From Ruditapes philippinarum (Eukaryota), in the NCBI RefSeq assembly GCF_026571515.1, contig NW_026859211.1, forward strand, positions 124,001-188,000: a stretch of DNA of 64,000 nt. The letters run 5' to 3'. A model generated the notes under the pieces. It was given only the letters and a program-made list of their open reading frames with translations. It was not told the DNA's origin and did not search any database. Of this stretch, positions 1 to 12,730 are shown one piece after another. The position numbers and the translations under genes were made by a program. Every line of letters begins with the position of its first letter. The first letter of the stretch is position 1.

Positions 1-297
1 ATAAAATAAATCCAGGTTTTATCACTAACAAATCACTGTGTTATGTAATTTTGGTAATAAAATATGTTTGTTTTTATTCAATAAAAGCCGTTTTTAGTAT
101 AATTTTCAGCATTAATTTATGTAATTTACCAATGAAATATAAAATGGAAAGAAGGTTTCATAGACAGTTTTAATGTAGATGTGAAAAAATTTGTATTTTC
201 AACATGTGGCGAATCGTTAATAACTGTGGCGAATCGTTATTATTCTGTGACGAATCGTTATGTGACGAATCGTTAATGTGGCGAATCGTTTCATTAC
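1..297. mobile_element. End of a putative non-autonomous DNA transposon with subterminal repeats (truncated by window start)
   Basis: Five copies of TGTG(G/A)CGAATCGTT at 205-290. Similarity to the upstream regions of copies 4 and 7 begins only at ~302 (tcactgtgtcatatctg). Confidence 0.45.
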
Positions 298-301
298 TAT
301 C

Positions 302-399
302 TCACTGTGTCATATCTGAAGACAAACATTACGCCCCCTGCGAACTAGAATTTAAACTTCAGCCTTCCAAAGTTCGGGTTGAGACGGACTGTTAGAAAG
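302..399 (+). other. Putative non-coding leader exon of TRIM-like copy 1
   Basis: Block conserved upstream of the paralogues, ending in donor AAAG|GTGAGC (GT at 400). Matching acceptor TTTTTTTTCATTTAAG| lies 3 nt before ATG 1470. 5' boundary approximate. Confidence 0.55.
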
Positions 400-1469
400 G
401 TGAGCATTTTTTCTACAACTTTTCTTTATAATATAGCAAGATGTACATGGTTAAGCACGATGAGTTTATTAGGAAATAAATTACAAATCTTTGGATGTTT
501 CTTCTTTCATGTTTTCATCATTAACTGTTGAATTCTGCATAAATCGGTGATAAGGGGCGTAGACAATAGTTTGCATAAATTAGTTAATCACTGCACGATA
601 TTCACTTCTTTTTGTAAGTTGATTAACATTTAATATGCCCTATCCGTTATTTTAGTGTCGGACTTTTTAAGCTATATTCTGTTATTTATCTGTATTTGTT
701 TTTTTTTTTAAATTCACACAAATTGTTTTCAAGTTTAGATAATTAAATCTGTAATAGCATCATGATGGACTATTTTAATATGTTTTTAACATTATGCCTC
801 AGAAATCAATATTTTAATTCTTAAGAAAAGCTGAACATGTATTCAATACATTGTAATTAAATTATTGAAAATGTCAAAAATCTGAAAAAAGAATTAGTAA
901 CCGTCCGTACGATAAATAAATCTGCATAACTATATATCAACCGTTACGCTCTTTTCTACAGCTTTTCTTAATAATATAGCAAAATGTACATGGTCAAGCA
1001 CGATGAGTTTATTAGTGAGGATAAATAGTTATACGAGCATATAATTTATAATAAAAAGATGTGATATAGTGAAACAACTGAACAATATAAATCAGATCAC
1101 GTGACTGTTATATAAAAAACAGGTAAACTTTACGTGAAAAACATTTTAATTAATACTAAACTAACGTTTACAATGAAAGTTCAATGAAATATCCAGGATA
1201 AAAAGCTATAATGTTTATAATTATTAATTGGACACTAACTGATTAATATGTGACGTGTTTAGGCTTGAGAGAAATGCATATTGAGATATTGGATTACACA
1301 GGAACAAACAGTAGATACGGTGTATTTAATGTTAGTCATAAAGGTTTAAACAATTTATATTTCCCAGGAATATATATAATAATATATATTTATATTTATT
1401 TCATATTGTTTAGAACCTTGATATGTCGTTGGCTGAAAATTGATTATTAATTTTTTTTCATTTAAGAAA

Positions 1470-3212
1470 ATGGAGGTCTCGGGAAAGGTAACTTCGACAT
1501 CAAAGACGAACTTTAACCTCTACTGTATTACGTGTGATACAGATGGATTAAAGGAGCCAGCTTACGGATTTTGTCAAGACTGCCAAGAACATCTTTGCAA
1601 AAGTTGTTTTCAACATCATAGAAGGTCAAGGCTATCTAGAAACCACGTACTGCTTGATAAAGACGCTATGCCAACACAACAAACGACCGTTGACGACGTA
1701 AATGCAGACGTCATTACGGACAACTGTACCAACCATAAAGATAAACCACTGGAGTTCTATTGTAACAATCACGACACTGTGGCATGTTATGTCTGTGTTA
1801 CACTTGAACACAAACAATGTAAAGTTGACTATATTCCTGATGTTTCAGGTAACGTATCTGGCGAGTTGATAGATTTGAACAAAAAGATGAAAGATTTAGT
1901 CAAGAAATGTGAAAATAACATTATGAAGGCTTCAGCTGCTAAAAAGCAACTAGAACAAAAAGGTGTGAAAGTTGTTGAAGACATACGGCTCTTGAGAAAG
2001 GAAATAAACGACCGGTTAGATGAGATGGAATCTATGATGATAAAAGAAGCTGAAGCTGTTGTTAACACAGCAAACTACAAACTCGAGAATGTCAATTTTG
2101 CTTGCACAAAAATAAACGAGGAAGTGAAACTTTCACAGTCAATTCTTAATGCCCTGACGGAAGAAAAAAAGCAGAATCAGCTTTTTATTTTAATGAAGAA
2201 CGTCACACCACGTATGATGACACTGGAAAGTGAAGAAATGCAGATTGTCAAAGATAATATGACATATGACGACATTCAATTTGACCGAAACGAAAAGCTA
2301 CTTGATCAGCTGAAAAATGAGAAAAACTTTGGAAAAATTTCAACATACCGAAAACCATCAGAAGATACTGAAATATGTGCGAATTATGAAAGATCGCACA
2401 ACGTGACTTTTCCTTCTGATGAAAAAAGAAGCAATATCAGTGGGATGGTAATGGTTTCTGCCACACAAATGGTCATCGCTGATTCCGGTAATAAAAAAAT
2501 TAAAACGATAGATGTTATCACAGGATCGTTGTTGTCAGAGAAGATGTTGTTTTCAGCACCATACGATGTTATAAAAATCCCACAAAATAAGCTTGCTGTT
2601 GCATTATATCCTGAAAAATGTATCCAGATAATGTCTTATACTGATACAAGTTTATCTTTAGATCGTCGAATTAGTGTCGGTGAAAATGGTTTATGTGTAG
2701 CTTATTGTCAAGACAAGCTAGTAGTGGGCTGTAATAAGAATCAAGGGAAGCTGGTTATTCTGGATTTAGATGGAAATATGATGCAAGTGTTTGATGCTCC
2801 TGGATTGTTTTGTGGACCTGAAAAGATTGTTATCAGCAGTGATGAGAAGTTCATGTATGTGTCTGATTTCTTCCCTTTCAAAGATAGCAAGTGTATAAAG
2901 ATAGACTGGCAAGGTAATGTTGTACAAAGATTCAAGGATCAAGGATATAGAGGTCCTCAAGGAATACAGGAGTTGTCAGATGGTACGTTGTTAGTTTGCT
3001 TCAATGGCAGTGAAAAAATTGTTAGACTGTCGAGCAGCTTCAAGATATGTGAGATTACCGGATTAGAGAAAATAAACCTTTGTTCTCCACAGGCTGTAAC
3101 ATACAGTAAAAGGAATAACAAACTATATGTTAGTTGTTCTTCAACGCACGGACTTTATTCAAATGATACAATAAAAGTATTTAATGTGGGATGGATTGAT
3201 AGTAGGTTTTGA
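1470..3212 (+). CDS. RING-less TRIM-like protein, copy 1 (B-box1, B-box2, coiled coil, NHL-like beta-propeller), 580 aa
   Basis: B-box1 CITC..CQDC..CKSC..H..H; B-box2 CTNH..CNNH..CYVC..H..C; heptad-rich K/E/L region; propeller blades (MVIADSGNKKIK, MYVSDF, GPQGI, LYVSC). The ORF-track TTG start lies in the intron; the first ATG after the acceptor is 1470. Confidence 0.93.
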   Translation: MEVSGKVTSTSKTNFNLYCITCDTDGLKEPAYGFCQDCQEHLCKSCFQHHRRSRLSRNHVLLDKDAMPTQQTTVDDVNADVITDNCTNHKDKPLEFYCNNHDTVACYVCVTLEHKQCKVDYIPDVSGNVSGELIDLNKKMKDLVKKCENNIMKASAAKKQLEQKGVKVVEDIRLLRKEINDRLDEMESMMIKEAEAVVNTANYKLENVNFACTKINEEVKLSQSILNALTEEKKQNQLFILMKNVTPRMMTLESEEMQIVKDNMTYDDIQFDRNEKLLDQLKNEKNFGKISTYRKPSEDTEICANYERSHNVTFPSDEKRSNISGMVMVSATQMVIADSGNKKIKTIDVITGSLLSEKMLFSAPYDVIKIPQNKLAVALYPEKCIQIMSYTDTSLSLDRRISVGENGLCVAYCQDKLVVGCNKNQGKLVILDLDGNMMQVFDAPGLFCGPEKIVISSDEKFMYVSDFFPFKDSKCIKIDWQGNVVQRFKDQGYRGPQGIQELSDGTLLVCFNGSEKIVRLSSSFKICEITGLEKINLCSPQAVTYSKRNNKLYVSCSSTHGLYSNDTIKVFNVGWIDSRF

Positions 3213-4795
3213 ATGTGAATATATCCTGCAAGATGATACATTGAATGACAGATTAAATCAATATTGGGAGTATACTAAATTCAAAAACACATCTTCTATT
3301 CAAAGTTAAAAAAAACTCTAGAAAATGTATGATGAATGTAGATTATCAGTTTTAAATCCGAATAATTATTAAATAAAGATCATCATTTATATACTATGTT
3401 GAAGAGCAACCTATTAATTTGACTATTCAATTACTTATTTACTTGTCCAGTGAATATCTCCGTTTGTCTTTAATTTATAAGTCTGCTATGAAGAAATCTT
3501 AACTCTGTATTCCTTGCTGTTGTTTGTTTGTGTGTGTAAATAAAAATATTCTTATGTTGAAGTATACTTTATTATACTAAACAAATGTGGTTACTCTCTT
3601 TTAATTCCATGATAGAAAGGGAATAAGAATATTTCAATACATGATGGGCAGACAAATGTTTCATTTGTAATAATTACTAAGTGATTTTTGTGGACTACAT
3701 CAGTGATTTTGAAAATAATTTTACTATTTGCATTTCACATTGATTTATTTCAGCTGAATATGAAAAAAATGTTGACTATATATATTTATTAATATGTTAC
3801 AGACTCTTAACATTTAAAATGCTATATTTCATAGTGATAAAAATAATGATAAACAAAAGAAGGTTATCTTAATATTTGTGAGAGTAATTGGCATACTGTG
3901 AAGTGATTTTTGCAAATAATTTATGTATATAATAAACCCCATGTTTGTATGATGAGATGAATAAATTTGATTGATTTGATACGATTTGATTGGAATTACG
4001 TTTACATCCCTGGTTAATCATTTGTTTATTTAATTAAATTGTTTGGCTTATAACATCAGTGATACATAAACACTGAAATAAAATCAAATTTTAATAAATG
4101 ATAATTAAATACTGTTTTAAAACGATTAACAATTTATCATTTGGAATAACAAAATGGGAAGTAGATAATTTATTTAAGATATCAGACACGATTTATTTCG
4201 CGTCTAATTACGTTCTCTAATCTAATTAAATATTATGGTTTAAATGTCAAGGATTTACTGATAAATTGTTAATACATATAACTGGGTCTTTACAAATATC
4301 TAAACAAATGAAATGATAAAGTCAAAGTCATATGATTGGACGACTATATTTTTATATTTTATAAAGTGAAATACCAATCTAATCTACATCATTCTATCAC
4401 AAAATTAAGCAGCCGGACGGACACGTTGAAGAATCCTCACAAAAATGTACCGGTTGAAGAATTTTAAATTTCATTGCATAGATAAGACTTTCCACTATAA
4501 AACGTTTGTAACGGAACAACTACGAGTATAAATCCAAGAGACGAGTGAGGCATGAGCAAAATAACAAAATGTAGACATAACTGGGCTCTTTGACAATATC
4601 CTGTGTTGCTGGTTTTTTTGTTGGGGGATGGATTTTCATTGAATTTCGCATTTCCTTATTGATATTTGTTTTTATTATTTTCACGATAAAATTGAATTGA
4701 TGATAGATTCAGTGAGGGAATGTTTGTGAAAACAGTTATTGATAATATGTGTTGAACTCTTCTATTCAAAATTACAGTTCACGGTTCATCGTTAT

Positions 4796-4826
<31 letters not shown>

Positions 4827-4833
4827 AACAACA
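4796..4833. repeat. (CAA)n microsatellite
   Basis: Visible trinucleotide run. Confidence 0.9.
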
Positions 4834-4959
4834 AAAACATCACCATTATTATTCCAAATTATATATATCACCAGTAAATGTGATTAGTATTAATAAGCAT
4901 TATTATTTTAATTTTCATTTCAATTTATTATAAAACAGACAAGGGAAGGCCGAAGGGGA

Positions 4960-5105
4960 GGAACTTTGGATGTTATCATATGAGGAACCTATCCATTAAG
5001 CTTTTGGAACGCGGAACGTCGATGGGTCAATTCAGGTGCCTGTCCGTGCCTGAAATAATGCATGGAAGGGCATCTTAGTTCTTCCTGCACCAGTAAAGCT
5101 AAAAA
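4960..5105 (+). mobile_element. Degraded SINE body, same family as 55489-55762
   Basis: caggtgcctgtccgtgcctgaaataatgcatggaagggc...caccagtaaagct matches the core of the full-length copy. Confidence 0.7.
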
Positions 5106-6317
5106 ACAGGGATCCTGTGAAACCAACCATATTCTTTTTAAAGGTATTACTTGTGTAAATCTGAAAAGCGAATAAGACTATCTTTCATATATGCCATCGT
5201 TTAACCCGCTCAGCTAAAATCAGCAGAATGTAGTGCGGAAATATCAATAGAAACCGCTATCAATGTGCCTTTTCCGTTGAAAAAGTCTTTATGAAACTTT
5301 CAATCTTCTCTTTGAAACTATTTATGTATAAATGTCATCTATTAAGTATAAAATTACCCGCATATATTACCTAACCAGGCACAATATATTACTAAATTTG
5401 CTGGCCACACATGATAATTTTTGATAAATGAATGCCTGTCATTCCGTAATATTTCAGTAAAATGGCAATTGAGTGCTTTAGTTTTGCTTCAATTATGTTC
5501 AAGATATGGATCTTTGGGGTGAATTCAAAATGGCCTCCAGGGTTGTACTGAGATGCCAAGTTTATTGACTGACAGACTAATTGCTATTTAATGCTGCGCA
5601 TAAAGTAAAGGCGATACAATAAAACAACCAATGAGGTATTATAAAACGTTTTCCACTTCATAATTACAGTTTAGAACAACAGTGTTTGAAACTGATTCAT
5701 TTCACTGAGAGATATATAAATAAATAAATAATAAAAAAAATGAAATTATAAAAAAATGAATAAAAAATGAAACAAAAATGAAGTAAAATAAAGCAAAAAT
5801 GTCAAATGAAAAAAAAAAGTTTTGGTATCGTTTGCACTTAGAAAAGCGATAATCGTCACAAATCAGATCAAAGAGAGTTTGAGTCATTGGCTGACATTGC
5901 TGTTTTATGTAAATAATCGTCTCTATACTAGACTATTTGTTTTCAAAGAGAAAAAAATCATGTTTTTTTCAAAGAACCTTTTTGAAAATAACCGTTTCTA
6001 TTGAAATTTCTGCAACACCATTATCATTTTTTTGCTGCGCACAAAACACTGAACCGTTTTATAAGACTCGTATCAAATTGTAACATGAATGCTTATTAGT
6101 TGTATGATCATTATCTGACAGAAAATTCAATAGTGAATTTACTGTCATATACCTGTTACATATAACTGGAACAACCCATGAAGATTATTAGTCGAGTTAT
6201 CATGTCTGTGTTTGTGAATTGATACAGCCGTTACCCCTTTAAAGTGGGGATCCGGGTTTTTTACATGTCCGATATTGAGTGTCTCGGTTGCAAAATATGA
6301 TTAGAATTGATTAGAAT

Positions 6318-7272
6318 TAGTTCCGCCCATTGTTTTTTCGTTTAGGGCAAAAGCATTCTTTTACTTGGGGACCATACGCCGCTTTTCATGGAATGGCACT
6401 ACTGTGTCACATTGAAGGTTCCATTATAACCGCCGTATGAACACATCTGCGGATGTTTCTAAATTCAAAATTTCACCATTTTCGTGTTAAATGTTGAATT
6501 CTGCTTAAGCCGGTGCTAGGGGGCGTGGACGGTAACTTGCACTTTCCATTACCGTCCATGAACAGGCTCAATCAAACCGAGCCTGCAACATTTTCAATTT
6601 TGTTGTGTTGGACTTTCTTTAGGGATTCTGTTTTTCTCTATTTTATTGTCACATCCGTGTTATTTGTGCTGTGTGGCGGCTGTAAAAAGTCTCCCCGAAC
6701 ATTTAATCAACGATGTTATATTTTCGATCCTTGTAGATCGTTCAGCACGACATTATTGTTGTGTATACATGTTATGTGGTACTTTTAGTTTCTTCAGTTT
6801 GGCCATTTTCAACTTGGGTGGTTCCAGTATTCCTTGAATACTGAATAATCACCCTTGGAATACACTGCCTGCTTTTTAAAAGTGTCTTCTGTCGTCTTAT
6901 CTGCGATATGCAGGCTTCATAACCTCAGACCCCCTTTCAAATTTCCATATTATTTAGTTCCGCCCATTGTTATTCGTTTAGGGCAAAAGCATTCTTTTAC
7001 TTGAGGACCATACGCCGCTTTTCATGGAATGGCACTACTGCGTCACATTGAAGGTTCCATTATAACCGCCGTATAAAAACATCTGCAGATGTTTCTAAAT
7101 TCAAAATTTCACCATTTTCGTGTTAAATGTTGAATTCTGCTTAAGCCGGTGCGTGGACGGTAACTTGCACTTTCCATTACCGTCCATGAACAGACTCAAT
7201 CAAACCGAGCCTGCAACATTTTCAATTTTGTTGTGTTGGACTTTCTTTAGGGATTCTGTTTTTCTCTATTTT
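6318..7272. repeat. Tandem repeat of ~636 bp unit (1.5 units), unclassified
   Basis: ttagttccgcccattg... starts at 6318 and again at ~6954, nearly identical. Further copies at 21860-22670. Confidence 0.85.
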
Positions 7273-7642
7273 GATAAAACCTCCGGCCCTTGGGCTACAA
7301 AAGCAGCGCGTTACCAATGCACCTCAGATCAATTTACAAAATTACAGAATAGCAAATAATTTGTGTTCAGCAAATTATGTGTTTCATAACTTAAGCTTTT
7401 CCGATCGACTATTCATGTGATGATAACCGTTATAATTAACAGATTCTGACTGTAAGATATTTTCTTTTCGAACATAATGTTACCGATATAAAAATTGGTA
7501 TATTTGATATACATAATGCTGTGCCTTTGTTTATTTCAAAAGTCACTTGCTAGAACTCCTTTAAATCCGTACTAGTATAATTCCATTATGGCTATTTGTA
7601 ATCAACGATGTGTTCAGAATGAATGCTAAAATGAGAACCCAC

Positions 7643-7747
7643 TTTTGCAGCGCAAAGAGTTGTCGAGTTCTTGAATGTAGCGCGTGAACCGATACTTGAT
7701 ATGTTCACAATTGAACCCCATGTCTTTCTTAGATATGGAGGCGCATA
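7643..7747 (-). pseudogene. HSD17B14: Isolated exon of a short-chain dehydrogenase/reductase (HSD17B14-like)
   Basis: 105-nt exon with TTTTTCAG| and |GTGGGT encoding YAPPYLRKTWGSIVNISSIGSRATFKNSTTLCAAK, similar to LALPYLRKSQGNVINISS..PYVATK. The catalytic YxxxK reads LxxxK. Confidence 0.75.
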
Positions 7748-8220
7748 CTGAAAAATGAAGGCAATACTCAACTGTATATTGAAAAACAAAGCTAGAAATT
7801 CCATGATAACAGAGAGATAGCTTGCTGTTTGATTTTATGAATCGGTCACTTTTGACTACATTAATACTCTTTCTGAATAGTCCATCAAAACTGCCCCAGC
7901 CTTAACATATCCTAGAATAAGTAAGAAATATATTACAAATATTTTGAAAAGTCACATGTTAGGTTAAAGAAATAATAGTGTTGAATCACATTCCCCGATA
8001 ACACAATCGAAAAGAAACTTGCCTGATATGACAGATGTCTTTGATTCGAACCCCATCGTTGTTAAGACATGTTTATCTGTGTGTGTTTTTTACTCTGCAA
8101 TATAATCTCATGGAAATTGCCAAGTGCTAACATTGTAGACATGGTTACAGAGATAAAAATCTATGGACGGCATTATGGACTTTAAAAGACGACGTTAGTT
8201 GGAACTCGATAGTAGCAGAG

Positions 8221-8373
8221 TTTGATTGATTGTTGTGATTTTAAGTGGCACTGTAAAGACTTAAGCTTTACTGGTGTAGGAGGACCTCGTGAGTCCCTTC
8301 GATTATTATTTAGTATTGACTGGACACCTGAATAGAACTACCGACATTCGATAACATAGCTCAAAAGCTTCCT
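8221..8373 (-). mobile_element. Degraded SINE fragment
   Basis: agctttactggtgtaggaggacctc...cacctgaatagaactaccgacattc matches the minus-strand copy at 55550-55640. Confidence 0.55.
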
Positions 8374-8789
8374 AAAATTACAAATACCAAAGTTGTCATC
8401 AGTTAGATACAATATCGATGTTTCGTCTATATTTGTCTGTCCATGAAATAATAGTCTAGACAATGTCCGTTCAACAGGTTCCCAAATCAACCGGTCATAT
8501 CTAAAAACTATGCTGTTGTTGCCTGATAGACATGCTTTATAGAAGTGATGACAACAAAGTGGTCAGAAAAATCATGTAGGCTGCATCCTTAAACAAAGCG
8601 TATTATAATTGTACGCATTTAATATGCATTTTACTGAATTCATGCGTAATTAATGATACTTTTTCTTTTAATAAATTGTTTGTAGCCAAAATCTGACTTT
8701 ATCTGTGTTTTGACGTGATAACAAATCAGGCGCAATTTGCTTAATATCAGGTACGACAGCATTTATATGTTGATGTCGTGTTATAATCG

Positions 8790-8960
8790 AAATAATATAT
8801 CCAAATCGGTCATTTTATCGCTTGATAACTTCACTGTTTGTCGTTCGGATGCGCATTATTATACCCCTCGGGCTACGCCCTCGTGATATAATTCGTCGCA
8901 TCGTAACTCCAAACAGTGATGTTATTGAACGATAAAATCTCTGTTTGGGATATATTATTT
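8790..8960. mobile_element. Long imperfect palindrome (Crypton-like non-autonomous element)
   Basis: Arms aaataatatatcc..cactgtttg..gatgcg and cgcatc..caaacagtg..ggatatattattt around ctcgggctacgccctcg. Family assignment from memory. Confidence 0.55.
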
Positions 8961-11900
8961 CTTAAATAATACGATACGAATAAGTAAAAAGAAAAGAAAT
9001 GTGATAAAAATAAAGTGTAGAATATCCTTTTTTCATATCTTGAAATGTTTTAGAAGAAAGAGCCTGAAATAACATTAAGGCATGTAAAATAGAAATAAAA
9101 TTGAAAAAAAAAATAAAATTACGCATTATTCATTGAATTTTTGCTATAAGATATGTGTGGGAATGTTAAATATGAAGTGCGTATATATACACACATGTAT
9201 ATTGATATGTGCCGAGAAGCCTTGGGAGCTTAACACTGCCACTATAGAAAGATTGTCACTAAAATAACTTATTGAATTTTCCTCCGGAATGTCCCTTACT
9301 TTGCACAGTAAGCTCGACTACGCTCTATACTTTTCGCACCATTATCTGAATATAAATACAGGCCCAATGATCGACTGTTCTTTCTTATCCTTTGATAAGT
9401 AAACTTGGGAAACTACCTTGGTAAAAATTAAAATCATGCTAATATGCAAGAATTATATTTCTAAAATTACACATTAAAATTAACAAAAGCATGGCATGCG
9501 GTGTTAACATTTGTCTGTTAAGAGCAATGCCTATCAATCACACATTTGTTACAAGCATTTAAGATAAAAGGGACATAACTTCTTACATCATTGCTTTTAT
9601 AAAATGTCATTTTCTTTCAATTGTTCATAATCATGATTATCAACTATTCTAAGTTTTATATTGGCTAATATTTTTTTCATAGTTTTTCCCAATCACATTC
9701 TACTTAACAAGCAATTTTGACAAAAACAAAATAATAAAAGACATAACTCTAGAAATTAAGCTTTCTGAAAAATGCCCGATGTCTAACAAATGTGCCTTGT
9801 CACTATAAGAAAGTATTCTAAGATTCGTGTTGATGTTTATAAAATGGCCTTCAATAAAATTTTGCATGACAACGACGCCGCCATAAAGACCAAAATAGCT
9901 CCACATTTTCTTCGAAACAGACGAGCATATATAAAAAATAGCTAAAACATTCAACATTTGACATATATTTGTTCGAGAGATTAAAAATCATCTATCAAAA
10001 TGGTATTATGTCCTCAAAGTGTAGATGATGAGTACAGTTAAAAGTTATGCAATAAGTGTTTTCAAAGTTATATTTCTTTTCAAGAATAACCAATAAGCCA
10101 TGTGACCCACTGAAATGTCTGCTAATTTCCTTCGGAATGTATCGGTTACGTCCACTTAGTCTCCTTGTTATATCGTGGGCAGTTTAAATAATATATTACC
10201 CACACATTTGTCGTCAGTAAATAAGATGACCCACATTATAAAAAAATGCAAAAGAATTTATAGAGAAATAATTATAATAAATACAAAAGAAGCCGAAGAA
10301 GAAATACAAGGATGTCCACCGCTTTATATGTTAAAACACTAAACAATTTGAAAATAATATGTTATGATGGGGCATCATAGTTGGTATTCTTGAACTTTTT
10401 TTGCAATAAAAAACAGTTTAAAGTAAGCGAACATATGGCTCTTGATAAAAATCACAAGGCCTTAATTGTAGAGTAATAGAACACAAATTTCTCAATAAAG
10501 TCTGAAACGGAGCCCAAATCTGGAAAACTAAAAGTTTATAACGTGCAATAGGTTTTCCTTTATCCCCCCTTCCCCAGGTCTCCTGTCCCCTTCCCCTATG
10601 CCCTCTGCCTTTGTGGACCTGTTTTTCAATCATTTATATGTTTCTTTGACTTCCTTATCAGGTACAAATGATTTCCAATTATTCAATCATTTATTTGTTT
10701 TCTTTGAATTCCTTGTGCCCTGCCCTGATTTTGTTTGGGGTCCGCCTCGGCTCCTTGCCACTGGTTCTTGTTGCTGGGTCATGTGGGGTTGCGTTCATTG
10801 AACGCCGCCTTTCCTTGTTGATCTTCTTTATCATATTTTTTGACATAAGCAACATATTTTTTATTGACAGAGTTAGAAACATTGATTATCACAACTGCAA
10901 GGACAACAAGGACTCATTATGCTAAACAATTTTACAAAGTGACTGCATAACAAGAGTTATGTGCCTGACGACTTTTCTTACAAATAACTCTTACTGCTGA
11001 TATCTGACCTATAAGTGTTTTTTTCTATACCTTTGAGATATGGGTCAGTTTGTGCATGACACACCGCTTTGTCATTTTCATGGCGTGGAATAAAAGAAAG
11101 AAAAAAACTTGATGCATTTAAAACTTGAGGGGCTGGATATATGACTGTGCAGTTTTGGAAAACTCACCCTACGATATAGGCTGGTAGTCGTGACCGAGGA
11201 TACTTCCTTTTATAAATACTTAATATAAGAATTTTTAATTACTTTGTGGGACCTTGATCTAGATCTTAGGAAACCTAAACTTGATGATTTGTGCATATTT
11301 TCTCATTATCATTAATACTTCTCTGCTAAATATATTTAATTTCCTTCTATCGATTTAAACCATGGTGTACATACACGTTTGATATTGACCCATAATGAGA
11401 AAGTATGACCTAGACCTGAAGTCGAAGAAACCGATGCCGCAGCTCTGCAGCCCATTTCATTACATTAAATACTTTTGTCAAAAGGTTTAATTTTCTCCCT
11501 TCGGCAAAAAAAAATTAGACAACAGACAGAGAATTAAGCTAAAAGGCGACAACACATAACAAGAAGTTACTAATGACAATGAAACTCGCATACGTTGGGG
11601 TCAAGCTACTCTAAGTCATCGACCGGTATTATACCATTTATATAAAATGTAACAAATGAAACACAAATGTTATCATTCGGTGTATAAATTTCCTGCAGCT
11701 TTAAATGTCTATCACTAGTGGTAGGTATCTTTAAATCAGATTTTCAAAATCATTACTTATCAGGCCAACTCTATGATCCCTTTACGTAACCGACTGAACA
11801 CGATAAATAAACATCTCTGTAAAATTGCTCGAACGACATTTCATTACATACATTCAGTGCGGGATTTTAAAGTAGTCTATCATTATTTCCATTATTTATT

Positions 11901-12168
11901 TCCTTTGTTTCCATTTTGCAAAAAATATTGTCCTTATATAGAAAGATAATCAATATTTTACTGTAGGAAGGAATAATGTCAGTTTTTAATCCACAAGTAT
12001 AAAGGATTTCAATATTTAATTGTGTTGAACATCAAAAAAACAGTTTAAAAACGTTTGTATTTTAGATATTCGTATACACAATCTAGTTGATCAAGCTTCT
12101 TTTCGGTTTCATCTTTACGGCTCTATGAAATAGGTTACACTATAAATCTAAAACAAGACAACATATAA

Positions 12169-12730
12169 AACAAGAACCGGTTGAACCGTGTGATGCTCCC
12201 CGAATCGGTTTTGGACACAGAAAAGAATACCTCTTGTTATGTCCCGGACAAAGTTCAAAGTGCAATAATTCCAAACTTAGGAAAGACAGAGCTACTGTTC
12301 TTTGCACAGCTTATCTACCCAATGATATATATCTACCTACAAAGTTTCTTGTTCATATCTCTTTAATTGTCAGAGTTATGCCGCGGACACAGTACAAAAT
12401 GTCAATGTGAACAAAGGACACTCACTCCAAAATTAGATAATTTAGAGTTACGATTCTTGTGCACTACACATCTACCAAATGAGATCTATCTAACTACAAA
12501 GTTTCTTGTTTATACCCATTATACTTTCAGACCTGTGTTCAAAATGTAAAAATGGACAAAGGGCGTTAACTCCAAAATTATGCAAGGCAGAGTTATGGTT
12601 CTTTTGCACTGCATATCTACCTTTACCTCTTGTTGTTACAGAGTTATGTCCCGGACAAGAAAAGCGGAAGGCGCGCGAACGGACAAAGCGGAGACTATAT
12701 GCTAACCCTTCGGGGGGTGGGGACAAAAAA
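12169..12730 (-). mobile_element. Helentron-associated (HINE/DINE-1-like) element with internal tandem repeats
   Basis: AACAAG terminus, ~130-140 bp internal repeats (gttatgtcccggaca..ctccaaaatta..gagttatgg), cggac microsatellite relic and GC-rich end hairpin. Confidence 0.65.

Larger units (their letters stand above)
7856..9412 (-). pseudogene. Unidentified decayed multi-exon gene (exons 9412-9300, 8587-8388, 7911-7856)
   Basis: Three AG/GT-bounded, phase-compatible exons (2/2, 1/1). Two in-frame TGA codons in the middle exon. Frameshifted coding-like sequence continues upstream to ~10920. Confidence 0.35.

Noticed and set aside
1440-1469. TTG starts of the ORF track for copies 1, 2 and 4
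   Set aside because: They lie in polypyrimidine tracts before splice acceptors; the ATG follows the acceptor.
1632-2960. Antisense ORFs recurring within TRIM copies
   Set aside because: Shadow frames conserved only because the sense CDS is duplicated.
5138-6242. Possible TTAA-flanked element (AGG...CCT)
   Set aside because: Terminal repeats match poorly and there is no empty site for comparison.
8565-8580. Two in-frame TGA codons spaced UxxU (T*FF*P), suggesting a selenoprotein
   Set aside because: No recognisable SECIS downstream, no thioredoxin-fold context, and the upstream parts are frameshifted. Ordinary decay is simpler.
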